NCBI GenBank assembly: GCA_000182565.2
Contig: KQ257458.1
Length of the DNA stretch: 64,000 nucleotides
Origin: Spizellomyces punctatus DAOM BR117
Lineage: Eukaryota
Direction: 5' to 3' (one strand)
Both the position numbers and the translations under genes were made by a program. Positions within the stretch are counted from its first letter, which is position 1. Every line of letters starts with the position of its first letter. Below the pieces are notes generated by a model, which worked only from the letters and a program-made list of their open reading frames with translations, was not told the DNA's origin and did not search any database. Shown here piece after piece: positions 13,205-24,900 of the stretch.

Positions 13205-13961
13205 TCACTTTCTCTTGCTTTTCGTTCCACCTCCCCCAGTACCGCCTCCGGAAGCACCGCTCTTCTCGGAGCTTGAAGCTGGTTTACCTGCCGTTCTCCT
13301 ATTTCCACCTTGGGTGGCAGGCGGTTCATAAAGGCTTGTAGTGCTGGAAAAGCCCGATCCCGCTTTTGCTCCCTTACTGGTGGCAGGGCCACCGGTACCA
13401 GTAGATGTAGGTTCACCTCTCGTACCGGCTTTGGGCTTGGTGCGTTGTCGAGATGCTATTGGCAGGGTTAATGCATGAACACGGTGGGATCCAAGTTAAA
13501 AGGATTTCTTTGGCTGACCTGAAAACTTCAGCTTTTCGCCGCCTTGTTGCTCAAGTAAACTCACATATGTTGGAGCAGATTCGTCTGTTTCATCTATTAT
13601 GCATGTAGACCAGTTCGCAAATTAAATCAGCAGATAGTCACAACTTCTGCCTAACCTACCCCCAATAACTTTTACCAAAATATATGTCGCCCTTCCGTCC
13701 AGATACTTTTTTGCATATTCCTTAGATTTGCTTTGTAAATCGATCACTTCCCCTGTCTCTGATGCTAAATCGACATTTTCCAGAAGGTGTGAAAAGCCGC
13801 AACTAGTTTTTAGATGGTGCAACAGGACAGACGCTAAGGTGTTGGGATTTACAAGGCGCTCTTCATTGGCTATAAGAGAAAAATGGATCAAATCAAAGTT
13901 TAAAGAAACTGACGAGGCATGACGGACACCGACCTCCGTATTTTACAACGATGAAGGACAT
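13205..13961 (-). CDS. Small C22orf15/CXorf65-like protein (Pfam Il2rg-type N-terminal domain) with a low-complexity basic tail
   Basis: Spliced MSFIVVKYG|ANEERLVNPNTLASVLLHHLKTSCGF...VDLASETGEVIDL...YLDGRATYILVKV; tail ends GGGGTKSKRK*. Confidence 0.7.
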
Positions 13962-14119
13962 TGTCGATGAAGGTGTAAGAACTGAACGCTTTCCCGTTGC
14001 TTACATCTTGATTAGTAAGCAGTTGCTATAGCACTAAGCTTGACCTTCATGCAGATCTCGGGATAGCATTGCTTTAAGGAATTTGGGGTTGGGTTCTTGC
14101 TGAGGAACTCTTTCCAATC

Positions 14120-15944
14120 ATGTCCCACGCACAAACACGAATTTGCCGGTCCATTCTAGCCGAGCACTTTGGTCCTCTTGTCGAGGTAATCGCTGCTGCT
14201 ACCATTCACGAGAATGCCCATGCTGACCCTCATATGTAGAAAGTATGCACTGTACTCCTTCAAAGAGGTCGTAGCAACATGTCGGTCCTTGTTCGAGCCA
14301 CTGACATGCCGCCCCGGCAAATACGAGAAAGCTTGTTTGTCCTCATTCAACACAACATTGTGACATACGCGGAAGTTCCAGAAGGCACCCGCATGGTTGT
14401 TTATTATCAAGCGGACGTCCGCAACATCATACTGAGAGACCGGTTTCCTTTGTATATCCGGACTGTTCAGGCAAGATTTGGGGAGGAGGTAAGTGCACAA
14501 GTTCCGCTATCATTGGGACGAAATGATCTCTAACCGCGGTGTAGAGCGAGAGAATTCTTCGCGAAGTCTTGCGACACGGACGTATCAGTTACCTCTTCCT
14601 TTCTCAATCCAAAGCTACGAAACTCTCACGAGAACAGCTGATAAATTGGTTTGTTCGGTTGGTGGACGAAAAGGTTTTAGTGGAATGCACGCACGACGAC
14701 AGCCTTTCGATCGATGACAAGAGGATGCAGGAGGAAGCGACAGAGGTCGCCAAGCGAGGTGGTCTTCCCTTAACTGCCACGGAAATGACAAAATTACGTC
14801 GAGACCTGGCGCAGAAGCGAGAGGTCTTGTATGATGATACCCAAGACACTGGAACCAAAAGGAAGATTGTACGCGATCTCGAAGAAGTTGCACATACGAA
14901 GTTTCAAAAGTTTGCGAACGATGATGGGGAGGAGCCCATCGATGGTACTAAATATTACCGAACAAATTATGATCGGCTGCATGTATATTTACGGAATGAG
15001 GAAGTTGCTAAAGTTGCTGAGCAGCGAATAAACAAAGGAGCGGGAGAAGTAGTTCGCAAGCTGCTGGCTTCCTGCGAACACAAAATGCGTAGATGCAAAG
15101 GAGAATGGAAGTCGGACGCCGTCAGTCAGATAATGTTGGCTTCGACATTGGATCCCCAAATTCCCCTGGCAGTCGACGACAGCAGCGCCAATCCAGTGGT
15201 AGACTACTTGGAAGCCTTGGCGCAGGACGATACTCGTCTCGTCTCTAAGGAGTCGGAGGGAGGGGGAGGACAGTATGCTGTTAACTTGAAAAGAGCAGGA
15301 GAGGAATTGAAAGCCAGGTTGATGGAGTCAATCGTCCAGGAAAAGTTTGGGGACGCGGCCCGACGGATATGGAGAATTCTCCTAATGATGAATAAATTAA
15401 ATGAGATGCAGGTTGGTTGTCCGTTGGAGAGACGATTAAACTGTCATTAAATTGATTCTCTTTTGACTCTTGTACACGTATAGATTGCGAAGTTTGCCCT
15501 TATACCCGTTAAAGAAGCGCGACATTATTTATATGCTATGCTCAACTCTGGTTTGGCGTTTATTCAGGTCCGCGCCTTTTTGTTCCTTGTAAAGAACCAC
15601 AACATCATTAACGCTCCCCAACAAAACAGGACGTTCCCAAGACGTTGGACCATTCCGCCGCCCGAACATTCTTCCTTTGGTACGTTTCCGTACCACGGAG
15701 CACCACCATAATGATTGAATCCGCCTACCGAACGCTTGGCAATCTTAAACAACGAAGAACGAAGGAAGTCGCTGCACGTGCTCGCTTAATTGACAAGATG
15801 CAGCGGCTAGACGTAATCTCTGGAGAGGCTAGATTGAGTGAAGGGGAGTTGAAAGCAGTGGCCCAGCTGAATCAAGTTGTAGGGCAGTTGATATGCACTG
15901 AAGTTAGAATGTCCCAATTCCTCATGATTTTGCAGGAATTTTGA
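14120..15944 (+). CDS. RPC82: RNA polymerase III subunit RPC3/C82
   Basis: ILAEHFGPLVE, IRESLFVLIQHN, SIVQEKFGDAARRIWRILL, IQ|DVPKTLDHSAARTFFLWYV. Confidence 0.93.
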
Positions 15945-16055
15945 GATTCTGAACGGACTTTAATAGAAGGGATAAGCCACGTCTGTGCCACTGACGCGTA
16001 TTCGATCAACTTAAACGCCCAACCAAAAACTAGCCTGCATGCGAATTCCGCACAA

Positions 16056-17902
16056 ATGGACCTCGCTTGGAAGGTGATTGTGCTAGTCGGGGCACACATA
16101 CTTGCCATCTTGCTTGCTCTCTCATGGATTAGGTTGCGTGCAGCTCCGGGCAAGAAGGAGCGGGTTGTCGTCCTCGTTCTCGGCGATATAGGTCGCTCTC
16201 CTAGGATGCAGTATCACTGCCTGTCGTTAGACAAGCATGGCTTTGATATTCACTTAGTGGGCTATAAAGGAAAGGAGCCGTTGCACAGCATACAAAATTC
16301 CAAAGGCATCAGCATTCACTATATTGACGCTCCACGGAAACTTTCGGCCAGCTCGTCACCATTCCTCTACATTGGACAAGCCGCTGTACGCATTCTAAGT
16401 CAACTATGGCAATTGATAGACGTTTTATTGTTTCGCATAAAGACACCAGGCCATATACTGGTTCAGGTAGGAGTGGAATGCTCAATCGGCATTTTAATAT
16501 TGGCTCATTCATATGGCCTTTGCAGAATCCTCCTGCCATTCCCACCCTCATTATCGTGCAATTTATTCGTGCAGCTCTAGGGTCCAACCTTATAATCGAT
16601 TGGCACAACTTTGGATACTCCATAATGGCACTGACACTAGGCCAAAAGGCCAGTGTAGTAAGACTAGCTAGATGGTAGGGTCACTCATGATGGGTTCTAC
16701 GTTGTCGCGCAAAAGATGACATGAAATTGTTTGACAAAGGTACGAGCGGACGCTCGGGGCCTTTGCCACTGCTCATCTATGTGTGAGCAAAGCAATGGCG
16801 TCGGAAATTCGGGATGGTCTCCATGCACGGTATGTTATCCATTCCGCCAATTTACTACTGCTTCTTGGGGACCCAGCTCATGTCAAGGTATTGTTTTAGC
16901 GGAAAAATAGCAATACTGTACGATAGACCCCCCGAGGATTTTCGACGTCTGTCTTTAGAGGAGATCCACGAGGTTGGTGGACAAACTATGTGAATCCGTC
17001 CGATCTTCCTTTATATTTGAAACCAGTTTACCTCCCAATACGATTGGCGTGGAGACGAATTAAAGCATGGAGTAGAAGATAGGGCTGCAAGTTCTCCTTT
17101 TACCTCTTTAACAACGTCGGGATGTCAGTTTCGTGCAAATCGACCAAAGCTGGTTGTGAGCAGCACGAGCTGGACAGAAGATGAGGATTTTGGAATCTTA
17201 TTAGACGCCGTCAGTCGATACGATGAAGAGGCAAGACGATTGGAGAAATCAGCATCGGAGCGCCTGTCAAGCATCGTCATCGTCATTACCGGCCGCGGCC
17301 CTCTTCTCCATTTCTATAAAGAAAAGATCCGCAATTTAAAGCTGCAGTACGTGGAAATCAAAACTGCTTGGCTGTCAGCGGAACACTATCCGCTTCTCCT
17401 TGGTAGGACGCATAGATAATTTCCATCCATTAGTGGCATCCCGTTGAGTCCCTTTGGTTGTCAACCATCCATAGGCAGTGCTGATCTGGGAATTTCGTTA
17501 CATACATCTTCGTCTGGTGTGGACTTGCCGATGAAGATTGTGGACATGTTCGGGTGTGGTTTACCAGCTTGTGCGATTGGATATCAATGGTAAGTAGTGA
17601 GGGTCTATCAGCACATGTGAGCCGTAATTTTTGATGCTGCTTCATGTGCAGTTTAGATGAGCTAGTTGTAGACGGGCAAAATGGTCGCATCTTTTGGAGT
17701 GCCGAAGAGTTATGTGAACAAATCAAGGTGTGGTTCGTTAGTACTTTAAGATTTTCACATGGCATGACCCTTGAATCCAATGCAGGATTTACTGCACTCT
17801 CCTGAATCTCTGGAGCGTCTGCGGGCAGGGACAATTGAATTCCAGAAAAGACGGTGGCACACCGAATGGACACAGCACGCGAAATGTCTATTCGATTTGT
17901 AA
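16056..17902 (+). CDS. ALG1: Chitobiosyldiphosphodolichol beta-1,4-mannosyltransferase
   Basis: N-terminal [61 protein letters not shown]. Confidence 0.96.
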
Positions 17903-17952
17903 ATGAAATAAATAAGTTATTCAGTCTCGCCTAGGTGCAAAGAAATCGACAG

Positions 17953-20022
17953 CTAAGAGGTGGTAGCAGAGGTGGATTGTCGCATAACGACTGCGTGGTC
18001 CGGCGTTTCGGGAATATATGGACATTCTGATCCGAGTTCCCCAGTCTCTTGCGTTACTATAGGGTTCGATTGCCGAAGGATTGCAGTCTGCTTTTCTCGC
18101 TTTCGGATAGTATCATCGTAGAATTCTGCCAGACCGAGGTGGTGGCTAAAATGAACATACATACGTGAATAGTCGTTGGTAGTGTAAGAGCGGCTTATAC
18201 ATACCACAAATCTTTATAGGTTTTAGTTTTCGCTAATGTTTCTCTATATTGCTTCCCCATCGATGATGGCCACATTAGTAATAGACAATATTTTGCATTA
18301 TGAAAGGGCTGCAAGAACAACGTCAACATCTGCTGGAAACTGGTAACAGATATGATAACATGTCTCACCATATCATATTGAATAGCGGTTCGCGCGTACT
18401 CTTCCATTATAGTGCGAATGGGAAGTAGGCCCTCTCGCCTGAAAACGGATACATTGTATTGGGGTGCACGAGCGAGCATGAATGAGTGGATCGCTGGAGA
18501 ATGTGGTTTTGATTATTACTCTAGCTTCTTAGTATGAAAATACACGCAAGTTGGCTATACCTGATGATGCTTGTAATTTTCGCACGTCGGACAAACTGAA
18601 GATGTCGCCATTCGCAATGACGGGTACTTGTACAGCGTTCGCGATGGGTTCAAATATCTCCCAATGGCCTGGATCCTGCGGCCGCTCGTCCTTGAATCTG
18701 CAACGGATATGTTAGTGGGCCTATATCAAGCGGTCGGCCTGAGGTTACGCACCGACAATGAACACCAATTGCCTTTACACCGGTTTTCTCGATTCTTTTC
18801 ATGAGGTCGATCGTCCTCTCTATAGCTGTCTGCGACTCGCTTGCTGGCAACATGCGAATTTTACATGTGATTGGCAGTGAAATCTCTGCGACAAGCTTTG
18901 ACAAGATCTGTAGGCAGAGTGGATGCAAAAGTAAATAAATTGAGCCATGGCATAAAGACCTTGTAAAACGCACCGCAATCAGGCGATCTGGGTCACTGAG
19001 AAGCGCCGCTCCCATGCTCGACACTGATCGATGTTATTATTGGGTAATGAGATATAAAATTCCATCAAAGAATTCTCAGTTATCTCGTACCTAATGAAAA
19101 CCGTTTGGGACATCCGCAATTAACGTCAATTCCAGCGACATCTTTTTCCCTGTAAGCATTACCGAGACAAAGTATGACATCAGCAATTATGTCAGGTACA
19201 AGATAAGAGCATGCGTTCATGAGGAGCCTACACAAGTCTCGCTGCTTGCACCGCCAAGTCGGGATCCCCAGTTCCCAGCTGTACAACCAACCGATCCATC
19301 TCTGACGGATGAATCCGTAGCGTCAGCGTTCCACTATCAGTACTAACAAAGTCGACTGTGCCTAGAATATCTGTTAAGGGCAAAGCGAAAGAGAGATCAG
19401 ATCATTTGAAATACACAAGGTAAATTCCGGTGGGAAACTGACCGTTTACGACACGTTTGGATTTTATCAGCCGCTTGTCCACGGTCTCCGGACTGTAAAC
19501 CATATCTGTTGAGAACAGGCCATGTCAATATATGGAAGTCAAACAAGTGGTCTCTACAGTTGAAGAGCCGTCGGGGCTTGTCGGTCGTCACCGGAAGCTT
19601 TAAAGCTTTTCCAGAAAGTACCTCTCGATCACTTCCCCATACCGCCTGTCGCAAACTCAACCCGCTTTCTTCATATCCGCACACTTTGCACTATTAACTA
19701 ACCTGCACCATACTGAAGCGCCAATAGTCGCATGGGAAGAGTGCCAACTCGAACCTAAAGGTGTGGATCAGCGATACGCTGAATATACCAGACAATATAC
19801 TGATGGACCGGACCATTGGGGCTAGCACCAGCTTTCCTCGATAATCAAGCTGGGTCATGATGTCCGTTCCAGCTCCTTGGACCATGCGTCGGCGTATCTG
19901 CTAAATTTGTTGAGCGTCTTCAAACATACAATACAAACTCGACCATTACATACCAATTTCGTTGAGATCGTACGAAAGTGGATTTTAAAGTATGATGGCC
20001 ACCATACGCCCTTCACTAGCAT
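17953..20022 (-). CDS. DUS2: tRNA-dihydrouridine(20) synthase Dus2/Smm1; core starts at 19885 or 19858, with a possible upstream presequence exon from 20022
   Basis: YRGKLVLAPMVR, YGADMVYSPETVDKR, GIDVNCGCPKRFS (catalytic Cys), MGAALL, ITCKIR, VIANGD, MLARAPQYNVSVF. Confidence 0.92.
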
Positions 20023-20432
20023 CGAAGGTTCATTGAAATGCGATCCATCAAGTTTGCCAGATCAAACAACTTGCACAAAAAAAAATAATGGAAATGAATT
20101 CCATTTGGGTGCGTGCCCAGAGTTTCGAACTGATGACATGAATCACCGGGATTTACCCGGTGGACCGTATTGTCGGATCGTTCGGGTCACCTGGGACGCT
20201 CCGCCCTGTTGAGGTCATTTGCGTAAACGAGACTTTAATGGTGCTGTTGGCCAAAGGTCTCCTTCGCCAGGCGCTATGCTGAGTTCCGGTTGTTCCTCGT
20301 ATCAATGCAGGATTATTTGTGCTCACGTTCGACATCTACGTGACAAGGTGCTGGGAGGCAGACAAGGCCTCTCTCCACAAAATCCTTCTTCGGCGTGAGA
20401 GATTTCTCTCCCAGCGATATAAAACTCAAAGG

Positions 20433-21938
20433 ATGATAAAGCTGGATCCTAGCAAGCCACTCATGCCCCTGGACATATTTCTCCTCATATGTTTCTATGC
20501 AGATTCTTGTACCATATGTAAGTGTCTGCGTGGATGTAAAGAATGGAACGATGTCTTGAATGACCACGACGAACATCTTTGGAGGATGAAGGTGCTATGC
20601 TTCACGTCGTTGACCGTGCATTTCGCGTATCTAACGTCTTATGGCCCAGGTCAAGCCATTTTCCCCAGATTGTTGCCTTCCAACTCGAATGCACGGGGAG
20701 AAATGGAAGGACATCTATGCTATCTACAACATTTGGTCGCGACCCCTAGTAATAAAGTCAGTCGCCTACTTCGAAGTACCTACCATAGGCCCTCAATCAG
20801 AATTACCCTCTTCTCTGGGGCACGTGTTGGACAATCATGTTCTCACCTATCGTCTCGTTGCTGGGTTCATTGCAGCCAAAGAAGATGGCAAGGATATACT
20901 GTTGTCTAGGAAATGCGTGACCGCTAAAGATCGTGTTGTCTACATACTAAAGGGGGAACTATGGTCGACAACTTTGCACGGTCGCAAGTTTGGTCCCGAC
21001 GTGCAGATTGCCTGCCCCAGACTTGGTCCCGAAACGCGCTTAGATCCAGCGATACGATCTGACACCTATCCCGTCGCTGGCTCAGACATGGTAAAATTTC
21101 GACGACTGGACGATGATGCTATCGAAGCAGTGGTAAATGAGCGCTTGTCAGAAGAGGGCCACCTTTGCGGAACAATCTATGCAATGAACTCGTACGATGA
21201 GAATCTAATGCGAGCGTCGCTCAGTTTGATACGAGTCCCCGAGAACTTCCCGCTTGATACCTTCAAGACCTCTGGAGAATCTGATGGAGAACCAGGAACT
21301 GCCATCCCCCATGGAGAACAGATAAGCCGAATTGACCATATAGACGACTCTCTGAATGCTGTGGCATTAAATGAAAATCTTCTCGCCTATCGAACTTGTG
21401 AGTATGATTTTTTGGCTCTTCTTATAATAATCGAGCACCGCCTCATAGTCTTTGTTATTCCATAGGGAGTGGGGATAGTGTTCATCCAATTGTTTTCTTG
21501 CGAATACACGATCAATCTGAATATGCAACTCTATTACTGAACGACATGGAGGATAATTTAGTTCTGCACCTACTCATGACGCGATTTCATGTAATCGTAG
21601 TCTGCGGAGCAGGTCGAGCCGTGTATGTGCACGAACTTGCATCCATGAAGAGGTTGCATACATTCAGCTTGTCCAAATTGCTTGATAAACCAAGCAACGT
21701 TGACTGGGTGGACGTTACCATGGATGAAAACGGTTTGCTTTTTGGCATGGAAGATGGCCGGCTTGTGTTCTTGGACCTACATCATCAGAAGGCAAATATA
21801 TATTGTCGGATGGTTCCTTGTCAGCAGGAGGCATTATGGCTGATGTATCGCGAGAGCCAAATAAAAGGGGGAAGAACAGTCTCGTTGGAAGATAGAGTAG
21901 TGTGCAAAGTGCTAAGAGAGCCGCTTGTAACTATTTAA
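20433..21938 (+). CDS. F-box protein with a beta-rich C-terminal region (3 exons)
   Basis: N-terminal MPLDIFLLICFYADSCTICKCLRGCKEWNDVL..LWR fits the F-box consensus; the long ORFs 20641-21465 and 21498-21938 are joined by canonical introns. Confidence 0.7.
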
Positions 21939-21959
21939 AATTGCAAATCTAAGCAACGG

Positions 21960-24900
21960 CTATGGAACATAATCATCATCGGAGCTCAAAGCTATTCTAG
22001 CTGTAGATGCACGACTATGTAGTGTGGCGCTTGGCTTGAGGGCCACATCTGTGTCGTCAGAACCATCACTCACAATGTCAATTGGAAGGGACTTTGTTGT
22101 GCGACGTCGAGGCTTTCCAGACGGATTAGTTGTGTCTCTAGTCTGGTCGATGCCGTCGAATCTGCTGACGTCTTCCTTCTTCTCTGGTGACCTCAGCACC
22201 CTTCCTGTTCGATCCATTCCGACTTGGCTTGTCTTTCTCGGTTTGGTGACAAATGAGTTTTCCTCTAAATCGCTCTCGTCTAAGTCAATAAACTTTCGAA
22301 TTTTAGCTGATTTCTGCGACACGCTTGTCGCAATGGCGGTCGCTGTTGGGCAGGATTCACTTTTTCGCTTGACCCTGGTAGTTCCAATGCGCGTTGGTTT
22401 GTTCTCTGCGATCTAAGGTTGGATGTGTGAAGTAAGCAGAAGGTCACATCATAGATCACTGCGGCCCAGGAAAAATCGATCTTGCCTGATTGTCCGATTC
22501 TAACGGTCCTAAGTACGGTAAACCATCAGGTCATAAAAAATCCTTACGACACCGCGGTGAGAACATGGTCGCACCTTTAACGTTGGATTGAACAGGAACG
22601 CCAAATAGTTCTGTTATCTTTCTCTGCTTGCCTGGTACCGGCGGAGACCTCGGTATTATCTTTCGGCCTAGTTTACAATGTTCGACAGTCAAACCCTGTG
22701 CAAACGTAATGCGACATTCCGTACACGTACCGGAGAAATCCTCAAATGCAAACGGGTCGAGAGCTTCTTCCAGCTTCAACTTTGCACTGGTGACGGGCTG
22801 CTTAGTGTCCTTGATGCTGTGTTCGTCTTTTTCGGTTGAAATACTTCTATTTTCGGCCCCAGTCTTCCATTTGGTGCCGTTGCTAGGAGCCAATGCGGCG
22901 GTGAGCACTTTCTCTTGACCTTTTCCTCCAGGCGCGTCAAGGCTGGAGTTGGGCTCCTTCTTCGAAGTGATTTGAGTGGTCTCCTTGTCCCGCAGTGCTC
23001 GCATGTGAGGAGTGGTGTGGGGAGTGGCCGGTTTTGCCGTTTTCGGTACTACGGGTATGATGAATAAGACTGGCAGCATGCAGGCATTGCTTTATATCAA
23101 ATGTACCTTTCCGATCCATGTAATCCAGATCACGCTCATCGTCCACGTCAACATTTCCTGGTGTCGAAAAGAACAGCCTTCTTTTTTTCGACTTGCGAGC
23201 AGTATCGACACTGATGTCCTTTCGTTGAGCTTTTCTTACAGCGGACGCGCTTTTTGCAGCACCTTCTGCAATCGCCACTTCGACGCGCTGGAGGGCAGTG
23301 ATTCAGCAGAACGGACGAGTAATAGTATTGATATTGTGCACTCACATTCCATTCCTCGATGAATGCCGATAGATCCATTTTCCAGAGATCGCTAGGGGAG
23401 GTTGCGAGCAGGGTAGTAAGCTCTTTTTGCTTGTTGTCCCGATCATCAGTCATTTTTTGGACCTATGAAATATCTTAGCAAGCCATAATCTAGCGGTTTG
23501 CACAGCGGAAATCTACACAGTACCTTTTCTAGCGTCAAATTCCAAATTGGCATGGAGAGCAGGTAATTATAACCATGTCGTTCTGAATCTTCTGCCTCTT
23601 TGTCTTCAGTATCTTCTTCGTCATCGTGCTCCACCAGACTTCCCTCGTTCGTTTTGGATATAGGTGCATATTGATGCGCCTTGAGCAGTTTTATCACATT
23701 CGTCCGCCTTTTGTTCTGAATGACAAGGTTGCCACTGATCACTTCTAGCACGAAACGAACTTGATTTTCCAATTTCGTCAGCTCTCGCCGAATGCGGCCC
23801 ACTAACCAATGCTACAGGAGATGCATGGTAAGTGTGATGCCTTACAACCGAACTATCCAAAATTCTAGTATCTGCTGCAACCTTCCGCCTTTGGTAGAAC
23901 TCCAAGCGTAGCTCGTAAAATTCATTCATGATTTCCTCGATGGTATTATATTTCTTAAGTCGTCCTCCCTTGTCGAACAAAACCATGTTACTGATTGATT
24001 TCATCGTCGCCATTTTGAATTTCTTTTCCAGGCCTTCCTCTTCGGCTTTTGCCATTTGAGTTTCGGTTAGGCTGATTACAAAATGTACCGAAGTATCCGT
24101 GTGATACTCCTTGTAATCCTATACCAACAGGCATTTAGCTTCATTTGGGGACACAGAGGAACGTTCATAACAGACCTTGATGGAGGGTTGTATCTTCTCC
24201 GTGCCAGATAGAAGGCCCTCCAGAAACTCCTTGTATGATTGCGTCCAAGAGCCCAATGGCAGCTCGGTGATCTCCAAGGTAGTGCTGTCAAGTTTTTTTA
24301 TAGTTCCAGAAATTTTGTATTTATCTCCCTGCCGTTCTATTGCGCCCTTTTGAAGGCATTAGCGAGGCAAGTAGGTTTGGGCGAAGTATTAGGGTAATAC
24401 CTTAAAACCCCTATACCATGGATGCATCGGAGAGAAATCTTCGCCATCCAGTCGACGCCGCAGGTTCTCCACAATGTCGCGGGGATTGTAGTTGGGAATT
24501 GACGTGCTCCAGCCAGTTCCAATCCCCTCGGCTCCATTGACTAGTACCATAGGCAAAATAGGAACATACCTGCAGGTAGACAGATCAATGACAACTCAAC
24601 ATCGCCCCTCGCCCCATAGTCATACCATTCAGGTTCAATGCGCATGTTTTCCTCGTTCTGATATCTCAACAAATTGTCGTCGTATGAGTGATAAATCAGA
24701 CGGGCGACACTAGACAGTTTAGTAAAAATATAACGCGCATGGGCATGGTCTTTCCCACCCTAAACCATACAGGGTCAGCCTAATCCACGATCTAACCATC
24801 CCAGTCCTAAATACCTGCAGCCGGGTACCAAATTGACCCCGTGGCTCTAGCAAATTCACGTTGTTACTTCCCACAAAATCTTGAGCCAGGCCAATTATAG

